Shown: piece by piece, positions 51,313 to 59,682 of the stretch
Position numbering within the stretch: the stretch's first letter is position 1
Layout of the letters: every line of letters begins with the position of its first letter
Virus record (IMG/VR): IMGVR_UViG_3300032285_000892
Span: 55,149-119,148 of that record
Length of the DNA: 64,000 bases
Reading direction: 5' to 3' (one strand)
DNA from: a virus
Notes under the pieces: generated by a model
Told to the model about the DNA's origin: nothing
Seen by the model: only the letters and a program-made list of their open reading frames with translations
Databases searched by the model: none
Position numbers and translations under genes: made by a program

Positions 51313-51958
51313 ACAATCCTAAGAATGATTTATATGAAGATGAATGTGACGCATGTTCTATATAATACTTGAATTCTTTATCTTTATCGTATTCTTCTGG
51401 AGTGTATTCCCAAGGATAATGTCTAGCTGTATAGGGATTTATTGTACTAGCTCCTCCTATATAATAATGATGGAATTTATATAGTGCAAATGTTGTATCT
51501 GTAGGAACATCAAGTGCTACATCTTGTTCTATTCTAGAGTTTTCCCATCTAGTTTTTTCATATCCTTGCATATGATTATAATATCTAGAATACTCAGTAA
51601 CTCTTTTCCAATCTAAACCCAGTCCTATCTTATCTAAATCTAAACTTTTTAGTTTGTCTAGTAGATATAGAAGAGTATCACTAGGTGTATCATCTAGTCC
51701 AAGATCTGAATCTGTAACTATATAATATTCACAATTTAATGAATCTACTACTCCTGAAACCCAAGGACCTCCGTGACCTAAGTTAGTAGCCTTGTGTATC
51801 TTACAAGGGCTTGTTTCATACCAATCTAATAAAGGTGGATATGTTGATCCATTATCTACAATAATAACATCACCTACTCCTTCATATGTTTGAATTTTTT
51901 CAACCATAGCTTTTGGCCAGGTAAACAAATCTCTGTTATTAATTACAACTGGTATCAT
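51311..51958 (-). CDS. GT2-like glycosyltransferase
   Basis: IPVVINNRD, IIVDNGSTYPPL, YYIVTDSDL. Confidence 0.75.
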   Translation of the reverse strand: MIPVVINNRDLFTWPKAMVEKIQTYEGVGDVIIVDNGSTYPPLLDWYETSPCKIHKATNLGHGGPWVSGVVDSLNCEYYIVTDSDLGLDDTPSDTLLYLLDKLKSLDLDKIGLGLDWKRVTEYSRYYNHMQGYEKTRWENSRIEQDVALDVPTDTTFALYKFHHYYIGGASTINPYTARHYPWEYTPEEYDKDKEFKYYIEHASHSSSYKSFLGL

Positions 51959-52500
51959 TTATGTATAACTAATAATTTCTTATCACATAACCATTCAATG
52001 TTTTGATATGATTTATTAGATAAGATACTCATTATATCATCGTATGTCTTATCTACTTCAGCATGACCTGCATGAAGATCTTCTATAAAATAATAACCTC
52101 CTTTTGTAAGGCGGTCGTAAAGTATCTTAAATGAGTTAACAATATCTGAACGATTGTGGCTACCATCATCTATAATGAAATCTGGAGTTCCTGATTTCTC
52201 TAGTACGGTATTTAAAAAAACTTCATCTGATTGATCGCCTATATATATTTTGATGTTATCTGTTTCATTAACATATTTATATACATTAGTATCAATATCT
52301 ATAGCATGAATATTTAGTTGTGGGTTATAATCATTCCACATACGTAATGAATCACCATGCCATATTCCTATTTCTAATAGAGTGAACTTACCTGTTTCAG
52401 GAATATAAAAATCATACTGTTCAGTATATCCATGCTTTTCGTAATGTTCTGTACCTTTATCTACTTTATGTAGATTAGCAATTTGTGTAAGTCTTCTCAT
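51955..52500 (-). CDS. Class I SAM methyltransferase (sugar O-methyltransferase-like)
   Basis: DKGT.H.Y...Y; LLEIGIWHGDSLRMW; IIDDGSH; GGYYFIEDL. Confidence 0.8.
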   Translation of the reverse strand: MRRLTQIANLHKVDKGTEHYEKHGYTEQYDFYIPETGKFTLLEIGIWHGDSLRMWNDYNPQLNIHAIDIDTNVYKYVNETDNIKIYIGDQSDEVFLNTVLEKSGTPDFIIDDGSHNRSDIVNSFKILYDRLTKGGYYFIEDLHAGHAEVDKTYDDIMSILSNKSYQNIEWLCDKKLLVIHK

Positions 52501-53066
52501 TAGTTATGTACAAATAATATTTTTTCAATCTTTAAATTAGGTTCTTGTGGAAATTTTGTAAGATAATCTAATATGTAATAACCATCAGCGTCATATCTTT
52601 TACCTAATTCTATTTGTTTAGCAATATCATTTCTTGTAGCAAATGCTCCCATATCTATTTGATTATTACCTAATCTAGAATCAAAAAACTGATAGTCAAA
52701 ATGAGAATGTACCATGTTCCAATAAATAAGACCTGGTTTATTTTTAGAAGCTTTGTCTAATTCATCTACAAAATTAGGAGTGTAATAATTATCATCTCCT
52801 GTCATGATGATATATTCTGCCTCACTCATTTGTTTACCCACTTCTCTAGGAGTGTGTCCTAAATCATTATATCTTCTGTCAAGGAATGTATATTTAATTC
52901 TAGGATCATTAAATTGATTAATCATATTAACAATATCATCATTATGAGTATCATCTATTACAATATTAGCAGCCCAGTCTTTATTATACTGAGCTACTAA
53001 TGATGCAATTGTACACCTTAATAAATCAATTCTATCATATGTAGGAATTATAAAGTCTACTTTCAT
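52500..53066 (-). CDS. GT2-family glycosyltransferase
   Basis: IIPTYDR, GHTPRE.G, IMTGDDNYY, IDMG.F, ADG. Confidence 0.8.
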   Translation of the reverse strand: MKVDFIIPTYDRIDLLRCTIASLVAQYNKDWAANIVIDDTHNDDIVNMINQFNDPRIKYTFLDRRYNDLGHTPREVGKQMSEAEYIIMTGDDNYYTPNFVDELDKASKNKPGLIYWNMVHSHFDYQFFDSRLGNNQIDMGAFATRNDIAKQIELGKRYDADGYYILDYLTKFPQEPNLKIEKILFVHN

Positions 53067-53818
53067 TTACTTATATGATCTTTAAGCAATTGTTGATAAT
53101 CTATATTCCAATGAGGATTAATGATAATTTCTCCAGTGGGTATATTTCCTAACTCTCTTTCTGATTCTACATGAGCAGAATGTCTTTGAATAGCATTAGG
53201 TCTTTCTCCATCGTCAGTACCCTGACCACTCATATGATAACCTCTACCTCCCCACATATAAAACCAACTCACTTCTTCATTAGATGGGTATGCTACGATC
53301 ATTGGTTTAGCACCTTGTCTGTAAATAATTTGGTTAACAAATGTAGTATCGTATCCAGCATTCTCAAGAGGATGTCCTCCTAACTCTTCCCAGATCTTTT
53401 TAGTATACACTATACCTGAGTTACCAAGTCCTGTTAACTCATGTATATTACCACCATTAACTAACGCACCGTTTCCCCACAATAAAAGTTCTCCTTCTTC
53501 TGTAAAGTACTTAGCAATATTAGAAAGATGATTTGGCAAAGCTATATCATCATCATCCCATACAGCAATTAGTTCTCCTGAACATTGTTCTAATGTAAAG
53601 TTTTCCTTTTCACCTATGGTGAGAAATGTCTCTTCTAGATTGATTATCTTGATTTCTGGATGATCATATGATAACTTTTGTAGAGGATAGTCATTAACAA
53701 TAATTAACTCTTTCTGTCCAGCATAATCTTGCTTTAAGAAAGACTCTACTGCCTCTTCTAGAAAATGCAATCTACCATAGGTGATACATTTACATGATAT
53801 GAAAGGAAGACGTTCCAT
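53063..53818 (-). CDS. GT2-family glycosyltransferase
   Basis: CITYGR..LEEAVESFL.QDY.G.KELIIVND; AVWDDDDI; GYD. Start ATG 53818. Confidence 0.85.
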   Translation of the reverse strand: MERLPFISCKCITYGRLHFLEEAVESFLKQDYAGQKELIIVNDYPLQKLSYDHPEIKIINLEETFLTIGEKENFTLEQCSGELIAVWDDDDIALPNHLSNIAKYFTEEGELLLWGNGALVNGGNIHELTGLGNSGIVYTKKIWEELGGHPLENAGYDTTFVNQIIYRQGAKPMIVAYPSNEEVSWFYMWGGRGYHMSGQGTDDGERPNAIQRHSAHVESERELGNIPTGEIIINPHWNIDYQQLLKDHISK

Positions 53819-54105
53819 TACCAAACAAGGATTACATCAAATGGAGATACTAATAACTTGTTCTCTCCATTGATAGGAATCACTGGTGCTTTACCTAAAG
53901 ATGATGGATCTACCAAGATCTCATCTCCTGCTTTAATGTCTGTAATAAGATCACCTACAGCATACACAGTGAGCTTGTTAAGCTTTTGCATCATCTCTTT
54001 CTCAAGAGCTTCTTTTGTGTTCTCATCCACAATAAGTTTACCTTCGTCTTTCTTGGGAAGGTCTAGCAATATTCTATTGCCACGTAATAATTTAAAGTCT
54101 GCCAT
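53818..54105 (-). CDS. groES: GroES-like co-chaperonin
   Basis: LRGNRILL, VYAVG, IKAGDEILV, LLVS..DVI: Cpn10 pattern with a helical mobile loop. Confidence 0.6.
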   Translation of the reverse strand: MADFKLLRGNRILLDLPKKDEGKLIVDENTKEALEKEMMQKLNKLTVYAVGDLITDIKAGDEILVDPSSLGKAPVIPINGENKLLVSPFDVILVW

Positions 54106-54383
54106 TATGCTATCTCAGTTAAGTTTTTAAATCTTAGCATGTCTTCACCTGTTAAGTGAATTTCTGATTGATACACATCACGTTTACGTGTTACGCCAAT
54201 CATCTTGTTGGTTTTAGTATTGATGTTAGGTGTCTCAATAACACGCTCATGGATGTCATCTAATAATACTAAGAGATCATCAGCATCCATCTGTACTGTA
54301 CGAATCACTTTGTTGATGTTAAAAGAGTCAATGAAGTGACTACCGTTCTCCTCTTTACGACTGTAAAAAAATTGATTTGTCAT
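54105..54383 (-). CDS. Hypothetical protein
   Basis: 92 aa, coupled to its neighbours. Confidence 0.6.
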   Translation of the reverse strand: MTNQFFYSRKEENGSHFIDSFNINKVIRTVQMDADDLLVLLDDIHERVIETPNINTKTNKMIGVTRKRDVYQSEIHLTGEDMLRFKNLTEIA

Positions 54384-54790
54384 TGGTTTAATTGGTTTAA
54401 TAAATGAATACGTCTTTTATTAACTTCTTCATACTTATATATGTCTGCTTCGACATTAGTATGCTCATCCAAAGTTAATAAAATAATATTAGATTTATTA
54501 TACGCAAGCTCAGGATATTTTTCTTTAGGAAGGATATGATGAAAGAATGTTGATAATGGCTCAGATCCTAGATAGTCACCGCTTACTTCTGAGTAGTGTT
54601 TACGCTCTTTCCAGATCTCTAAAAAAAAGTTTCTCATTGTCTCTATCTTAGTCTTCTGTACAAACATATCACGCTTAGCTACAAGAAGTCCACCACGCTT
54701 AGGAGTGATAGGTTTACGCTTGATGTGACTCAAGCATAAACCCTTTCCCCATATACGATTCTCACAACCCTCTACACTACACGTCTTCAC
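54380..54790 (-). CDS. Zn-finger + HNH-like endonuclease
   Basis: CSVEGC..GLCLSH; HHILPK.KYP.L.Y..SNIILL...EH. Confidence 0.65.
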   Translation of the reverse strand: MKTCSVEGCENRIWGKGLCLSHIKRKPITPKRGGLLVAKRDMFVQKTKIETMRNFFLEIWKERKHYSEVSGDYLGSEPLSTFFHHILPKEKYPELAYNKSNIILLTLDEHTNVEADIYKYEEVNKRRIHLLNQLNQ

Positions 54791-55061
54791 AATCTTCTTC
54801 TTCTACTAGGTTACTTATTTCTCTATTTATATACCAGATGGCCTTTTTAAGGTCTTGATTAGCACTACCTTTCTTATTAGATCTAAGTATATACTTGATA
54901 GCATTGCCTAGAGAGAATCCTAAGTCATAGTTTTCAATGATATCTATAACTTCCATACCACCACTACCCTGATAATGATCAGGATGATTAACCATCTCTC
55001 TTTTTTGTATATCTTTCATAATTTTTCGTGCTCCGTATGGATCATTTTCCTGTGCTACCAT
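54777..55061 (-). CDS. DUF3310 / T7 gp1.7-like protein
   Basis: VNHPDHY, EVIDII, F.LGNAIKYILR..KK..QDLKKAIWYI. Confidence 0.8.
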   Translation of the reverse strand: MVAQENDPYGARKIMKDIQKREMVNHPDHYQGSGGMEVIDIIENYDLGFSLGNAIKYILRSNKKGSANQDLKKAIWYINREISNLVEEEDCEDV

Positions 55062-55473
55062 GTCCTTCTGTTCCTCTTTGTGTTTCTGATAATTCTTCTA
55101 CTTCTGTATACTGTACTAATGGTACAGGCATGATTACTAACTGAGCAATACGATCACCCACTGAATAAACTCCTCTTTTACCCAATTGTCCCCATTTCAT
55201 ATTAAATGTAACCATGATCTCGCCTCTGTATCCACTATCAATAACACCAACAGAATTGGCCATAACCAAGTCTGTATTTCTTATAGAGGAACGTGGAAAC
55301 ACAAGTCCCACCATTCCCTCAGGTATTTCTACAGCAATTCCTGTACCATATATCATTTGATCATCTCCATGTATGGTAATTGATGTAGCTGTAAGATCTG
55401 CACCTGCATCTCCTGGTTTGCCAAACTTAGGCTTCTGTGCTTCCTGCACTAACTTCTTGAATTGAATCTTCAT
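55042..55473 (-). CDS. dut: Trimeric dUTPase
   Basis: AGADL, PRSS, GVIDSGYRGEI, GDRIAQL, RGTEGHGSTG. Confidence 0.95.
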   Translation of the reverse strand: MKIQFKKLVQEAQKPKFGKPGDAGADLTATSITIHGDDQMIYGTGIAVEIPEGMVGLVFPRSSIRNTDLVMANSVGVIDSGYRGEIMVTFNMKWGQLGKRGVYSVGDRIAQLVIMPVPLVQYTEVEELSETQRGTEGHGSTGK

Positions 55474-56491
55474 TTTCTGTTTCGTTTATAATTTCTGTAT
55501 TTTTAATAGCATCAACAATATCCTGACGTAGTTTATCAAAGAACTCTTCATTGTCTTCTAGTAACAGTCTGAATTCATCTGTTGAATACTTTGTCTCATT
55601 GTAAGTGATAGTCTTACCATACTTACGTAAGATCTCAAAATCACTACCTAGTGTCATAATCTCATTGAATGTATCAATACCTGTACCAAACACGATCTCA
55701 AAGTCCACTGCTTTGAATGGAGGAGCCATCTTGTTCTTAATAGTCTTGATCTTAGTGACATTACCATAAGCTTCTGTACCTTCCTTAGCAAGAGTCTTGC
55801 TCACCTCTACACGAACGTCTGCATAGAACTTTAATGCATGCCCTCCCTGGGTTGTACGAGGATCACCAAACATCATACCAATCTTCTCACGATACTGACT
55901 CACTACAATAACACAAGTTTGATGTTTAGATAGCATACCTTTAAGCTTAGGATATACATCACTATTAAGCTTAGCCTTTCTACCAATAGAGCTATCACCT
56001 ACGTCACCATCTAATACCTTCTTAGGAATCAACGATGAGTCTGAGTCAATGATAACTAAATCAATCTCTCCAGTGCTTATCATATCCATTGCAATTTGAA
56101 AACCCTCCTCGCCACATGATGGCTGAGCAATTAACATGTTTGCAATATCTACACCTAATGCAGTGAAGTAATTAGGATCAACAGCATGCTCGCCATCTAT
56201 ATATAAGACTTTGCCATTTGCCTTCTGACAGTTAGCAACAGCATGACCACAGATAGTAGATTTACCACTACCCTCCCAGCCAACAAGCTCATACAATTTA
56301 CCTTTAACAAAACCTCCCACGCCTAGAGCGACGTGATCAAATGCAATAGATCCTGTAGAAATAAGATCATAGTCATTGTGATTCTTATCACCTAATGATA
56401 AGATTGTACCCTCACCATATTTTTTATTGAGCGCATCTAGTGCCTCCTGGAATTTGGATTTTCCAGTGTTAACGTCTTGCTTTTTTGCCAT
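55427..56491 (-). CDS. recA: RecA recombinase
   Basis: GWEGSGKST P-loop, YIDGEHA.D, IIDS, QYREKIGMMFGDPRTTQGG.ALKFYADVR, KNKMAPPFK. Start ATG 56491. Confidence 0.95.
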   Translation of the reverse strand: MAKKQDVNTGKSKFQEALDALNKKYGEGTILSLGDKNHNDYDLISTGSIAFDHVALGVGGFVKGKLYELVGWEGSGKSTICGHAVANCQKANGKVLYIDGEHAVDPNYFTALGVDIANMLIAQPSCGEEGFQIAMDMISTGEIDLVIIDSDSSLIPKKVLDGDVGDSSIGRKAKLNSDVYPKLKGMLSKHQTCVIVVSQYREKIGMMFGDPRTTQGGHALKFYADVRVEVSKTLAKEGTEAYGNVTKIKTIKNKMAPPFKAVDFEIVFGTGIDTFNEIMTLGSDFEILRKYGKTITYNETKYSTDEFRLLLEDNEEFFDKLRQDIVDAIKNTEIINETENEDSIQEVSAGSTEA

Positions 56492-56534
56492 TTCATTATG
56501 TTTTTTGTTCACTTAAATTTACGAATAATTGATG

Positions 56535-56574
56535 AAAAAAGAAATAGCCTAGACGTAAAACACCTAGGCTATTT
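56535..56574 (-). terminator. Intrinsic terminator downstream of the nrdJ block
   Basis: Perfect 11-bp stem AAATAGCCTAG/CTAGGCTATTT followed by a T-run on the minus strand. Confidence 0.7.
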
Positions 56575-56594
56575 GTACCAAACACAATTTAAAT

Positions 56595-56741
56595 TTAACA
56601 CAACGTTAAATCTTTATTGCCCTTAATCCACTTAGGAATATAAGGACAATTTTTACATTTGTTACCGCAGCATTTGCCTCGACTTGCTAAGAATTCCTTA
56701 GACAAGCTCGCAGGCACCTCCTCCACAGGCAACTGATTCAT
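56595..56741 (-). CDS. Small Cys-rich protein (DUF5522-like)
   Basis: LSKEFLASRGKCCGNKCKNCPY; start uncertain (ATG 56741 or TTG 56705), overlapping the nrdJ end. Confidence 0.6.
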   Translation of the reverse strand: MNQLPVEEVPASLSKEFLASRGKCCGNKCKNCPYIPKWIKGNKDLTLC

Positions 56742-58632
56742 TAAAGTTAACTTCGTCTTCAACTTCTTTAATTTTAGTGATATCAATCTCTTTTAATTCA
56801 CTTATTAGTGAATTGTATTTCTCTTCAGTGATGTCCTCAAAAGGAGCTTGCTGATATGTTCCACCCCAATAAGGTAGTACAGATAAACCATTATAGAACT
56901 CACGGTTCTCCCACATCCATTCACCTACAACTTCCCACTCATCTAGTGTACCATCTTCAGATACTTTGTAGACAGAATCATTTGGTGGAAAAGCTCCCAT
57001 AGGACTAAACTCAGTATACTTTCTAGTACTATCTATAGAAATAGTAGCAGATACATTATGAGTGTTCTCACCATTAACGTGTCCTGAACCAATCCAGTTG
57101 GTAGAGAAATGTTTAACTCTCTCTAGTGTATCAATAGCACTTTCTGTACGTAAGATAGATCCTTCTGGTGCTTTTACTGGAATACGTACACATACAGTAT
57201 CTGTAGGGCGTAACACATCATCTTCACATAGCTCAGGATGATTAGCCATTAGATACTGTGCAATGTCTTCATTCTTGTTGAAACGCATTGTACGTAAATA
57301 GTAATCATTATGCCAAGCATGGATACCAGATGCTGTTCCCAACACTAAAGATGTAGTACCTGAAGGTTTAACACACGTGATACGTGCTGCTTCATTGATA
57401 CCTGTCTTCTCTGTGATTAGTTGATTCACCTTCTTAGCAATGTGTGCTGCTACTTCTAGTTTATACTTCATGATTTCTCCTGAACCAATACCAGTCATAC
57501 CAATACCTAACAATGCATCCTTCTGTGTAGTTGCAGCCCAGATAGGACGCAAATAATGAAAGTTTGTAAACCCTGCTTGTAATGTACCAAAGAATGATGC
57601 TGCAGCTACACGCTCATTAAGATCGTCCTGACTAGTCACATCACTAACATTTACCTCACATAGATTACAGAATTGATATGGGCGTAATGCAATCTCACAA
57701 CATGGATTAGTTCCCCAGTCTAAGTTGTTACTCCAATACAATCCTGGTTCTCCTGAACCTGATGCTTCTACACGTTTCCATAATTCCATAAACTGCTCTT
57801 CCGTCACTTCTCCACGAGGTAACACTGCAGAGTTATTAGAACGACCACGTTGCTCATTAAGCTCCCACCAGTTGCCATACTTGCATGTAATCATCTCTTC
57901 ATCAAAGTAATCAAACAAACAGATCATAGCGCTTCTACGAATACCACCAGCTAACACTGAGTTAGCGATGTGACATAGGATATCATGACATTCTAGAGGA
58001 GATAATGTCTCACCTGGATGCTTTCTATCTAAGATGGCCTGAACGTGCGTAAGGCAAAGCTTGAGAGGTTCTGGGCCTGGTGCTTTACCACCTGCTGTTA
58101 CAAGACGTGCACCTTTCTCACGAATAGCACGGAAATCAAACTTAGGCATGAATCCACCTTCAAGATAAGCTTTCATCAATACCTTTACAGCATCAGCCCA
58201 GCCCATGATACTATCCTCTACAAGGTAGGTGCGAGCTTTGCCTGGTTTAGTGATGTCTGGTAGTTCACTTACGTGATGTGATTGTACTGAGTATCCTACG
58301 CCTGTACCTCCTAACAATAAGAACATTGTCTCAGAGAATGAATGAATACTATCGATTGGTAAGAAACAACAGTTGTAGATACGTGCGTTGTTTACTTCAG
58401 CTGCAGGACCTGCAAACTGTAATGCTCTCATAGAAGGTAAGACCTTCTTGTTACGAATCATTAAGATGTTACTAGAGATGGCTTCTTTCAAGTATGGATA
58501 TTTCTTAACCATCATTGCCTCGTAGCGATCTACAATTTCATCCCATGTTTCTCTTCTGTTTAGTTCAGGGATGTACTTGGCGTACTTGCTGAACACTGTA
58601 ATTTTACTCAAGGCTTCTAATCCTAAATCCAT
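56698..58632 (-). CDS. nrdJ: Class II (AdoCbl-dependent, monomeric RTPR-type) ribonucleotide reductase
   Basis: RIYNC, GGIRRSA, TNPCCEI, TCVKPSGTTS, C-terminal ACGGGACE; no beta-subunit gene nearby. Confidence 0.9.
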   Translation of the reverse strand: MDLGLEALSKITVFSKYAKYIPELNRRETWDEIVDRYEAMMVKKYPYLKEAISSNILMIRNKKVLPSMRALQFAGPAAEVNNARIYNCCFLPIDSIHSFSETMFLLLGGTGVGYSVQSHHVSELPDITKPGKARTYLVEDSIMGWADAVKVLMKAYLEGGFMPKFDFRAIREKGARLVTAGGKAPGPEPLKLCLTHVQAILDRKHPGETLSPLECHDILCHIANSVLAGGIRRSAMICLFDYFDEEMITCKYGNWWELNEQRGRSNNSAVLPRGEVTEEQFMELWKRVEASGSGEPGLYWSNNLDWGTNPCCEIALRPYQFCNLCEVNVSDVTSQDDLNERVAAASFFGTLQAGFTNFHYLRPIWAATTQKDALLGIGMTGIGSGEIMKYKLEVAAHIAKKVNQLITEKTGINEAARITCVKPSGTTSLVLGTASGIHAWHNDYYLRTMRFNKNEDIAQYLMANHPELCEDDVLRPTDTVCVRIPVKAPEGSILRTESAIDTLERVKHFSTNWIGSGHVNGENTHNVSATISIDSTRKYTEFSPMGAFPPNDSVYKVSEDGTLDEWEVVGEWMWENREFYNGLSVLPYWGGTYQQAPFEDITEEKYNSLISELKEIDITKIKEVEDEVNFNESVACGGGACELV

Positions 58633-58663
58633 ATAGTTGATTATTTTAAATGTTGAAAATTAA

Positions 58664-58691
58664 AGGGCTACAAATGTAACTTCGTAGCCCT
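58664..58691 (-). terminator. Hairpin/terminator with an embedded promoter element
   Basis: AGGGCTAC/GTAGCCCT stem, T-rich tail on the minus strand. Confidence 0.55.
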
Positions 58692-58701
58692 CAATAATCA
58701 A
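58671..58701 (-). promoter_or_regulatory. Bacteroidota-type promoter for nrdJ
   Basis: Minus strand TTG(58701-699)-N20-TACATTTG(58678-71). Confidence 0.6.
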
Positions 58702-58720
58702 CTAATTGCAAAAATTAAGT

Positions 58721-59128
58721 TTAACCATTTTCCTTAGTACTAACTGATTTAGTTAGTTGTTCTTCAAGTAGATCTATTGCGATATCTACAGCAAATTTTT
58801 CAGAATCTTTTCTGCGTGAGGATGTTGTACCACCCATCTCTCCATTAATTATAGGAACAAACTGTCCTGTCATTGGTAGCTCAGGCATAAAGGTCATCTC
58901 GATAATGATATCATGCTCATCAAAGAAATAAAACAATGATGCTGGATTTGATTCAGTCACAGCTACAATAGTGTCATCGATATGAGCAGAGCCGTGCTCT
59001 TTTACCATTTGCTTGAATTCATCAGTAACATCATTTGTGTTATTGATTGATTCTTCTAACTTGTTTACGTAATACGTTCTTAATGCATCTAATACATTAG
59101 GATACTTTTGTAATTCTTCTAGTGTCAT
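58721..59128 (-). CDS. Hypothetical protein
   Basis: 135 aa, acidic, coupled to the upstream gene. Confidence 0.6.
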   Translation of the reverse strand: MTLEELQKYPNVLDALRTYYVNKLEESINNTNDVTDEFKQMVKEHGSAHIDDTIVAVTESNPASLFYFFDEHDIIIEMTFMPELPMTGQFVPIINGEMGGTTSSRRKDSEKFAVDIAIDLLEEQLTKSVSTKENG

Positions 59129-59682
59129 ACTAATTCTTGTTGTTTTATTTTGTCTAAATTTAATGTTTCTAATACTTCATCAAAACCGTCCCATACTTCC
59201 ATATCTTCTGTGAATTCTATATCTAGTCTATTTTCCCAGTAGTCAAGCATGTCCACAGTCTTTTTGAATATTCTGTACTGTAAAGATATTTCATCTCTAT
59301 GTAAACCATCTTTTATAACTTTTAAGACTTTAGGAAATTGTTCCTGAAACTCTTTAGAAGTTTGAGAATATTTACCTTCTTTAATTAAAAGAAAATCTTT
59401 CTTCCATTTCTTATTTAATGTATATACAACAACTACAAAACCATCTTCATAATCATAATCATCTAGTAAAGATTTTGTTCTTGTTGCTTCATTATCTAAG
59501 AAGTCTCTAAACCTGTCTATATTATCTGGTTTAAATAAGAGATATACAGCATCTTTATACTGTACATCTCTTCTCATATCACTTATATAACCATTTATAT
59601 ATCCATTATCTTTAAGTTTGTCTCGATCAATCTTAAGAGTGGGAACAATAAATATACTAGTCACTGTTCTTTTTACATTCAT
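59125..59682 (-). CDS. Conserved hypothetical phage protein
   Basis: 185 aa; YLLFKP..; GKYSQTS.EF. Confidence 0.6.
   Translation of the reverse strand: MNVKRTVTSIFIVPTLKIDRDKLKDNGYINGYISDMRRDVQYKDAVYLLFKPDNIDRFRDFLDNEATRTKSLLDDYDYEDGFVVVVYTLNKKWKKDFLLIKEGKYSQTSKEFQEQFPKVLKVIKDGLHRDEISLQYRIFKKTVDMLDYWENRLDIEFTEDMEVWDGFDEVLETLNLDKIKQQELV

Noticed and set aside
52210-54630. A8/T8 homopolymers as phase-variation tracts (around 52215, 54620)
   Set aside because: Expected by chance in AT-rich DNA; frames are intact.
28255-56512. Longest-ORF starts given by the track (28255, 32691, 39940, 40020, 40558, 45817, 53824, 56512)
   Set aside because: Downstream ATGs fit promoter positions, A-rich leaders and non-overlap better.
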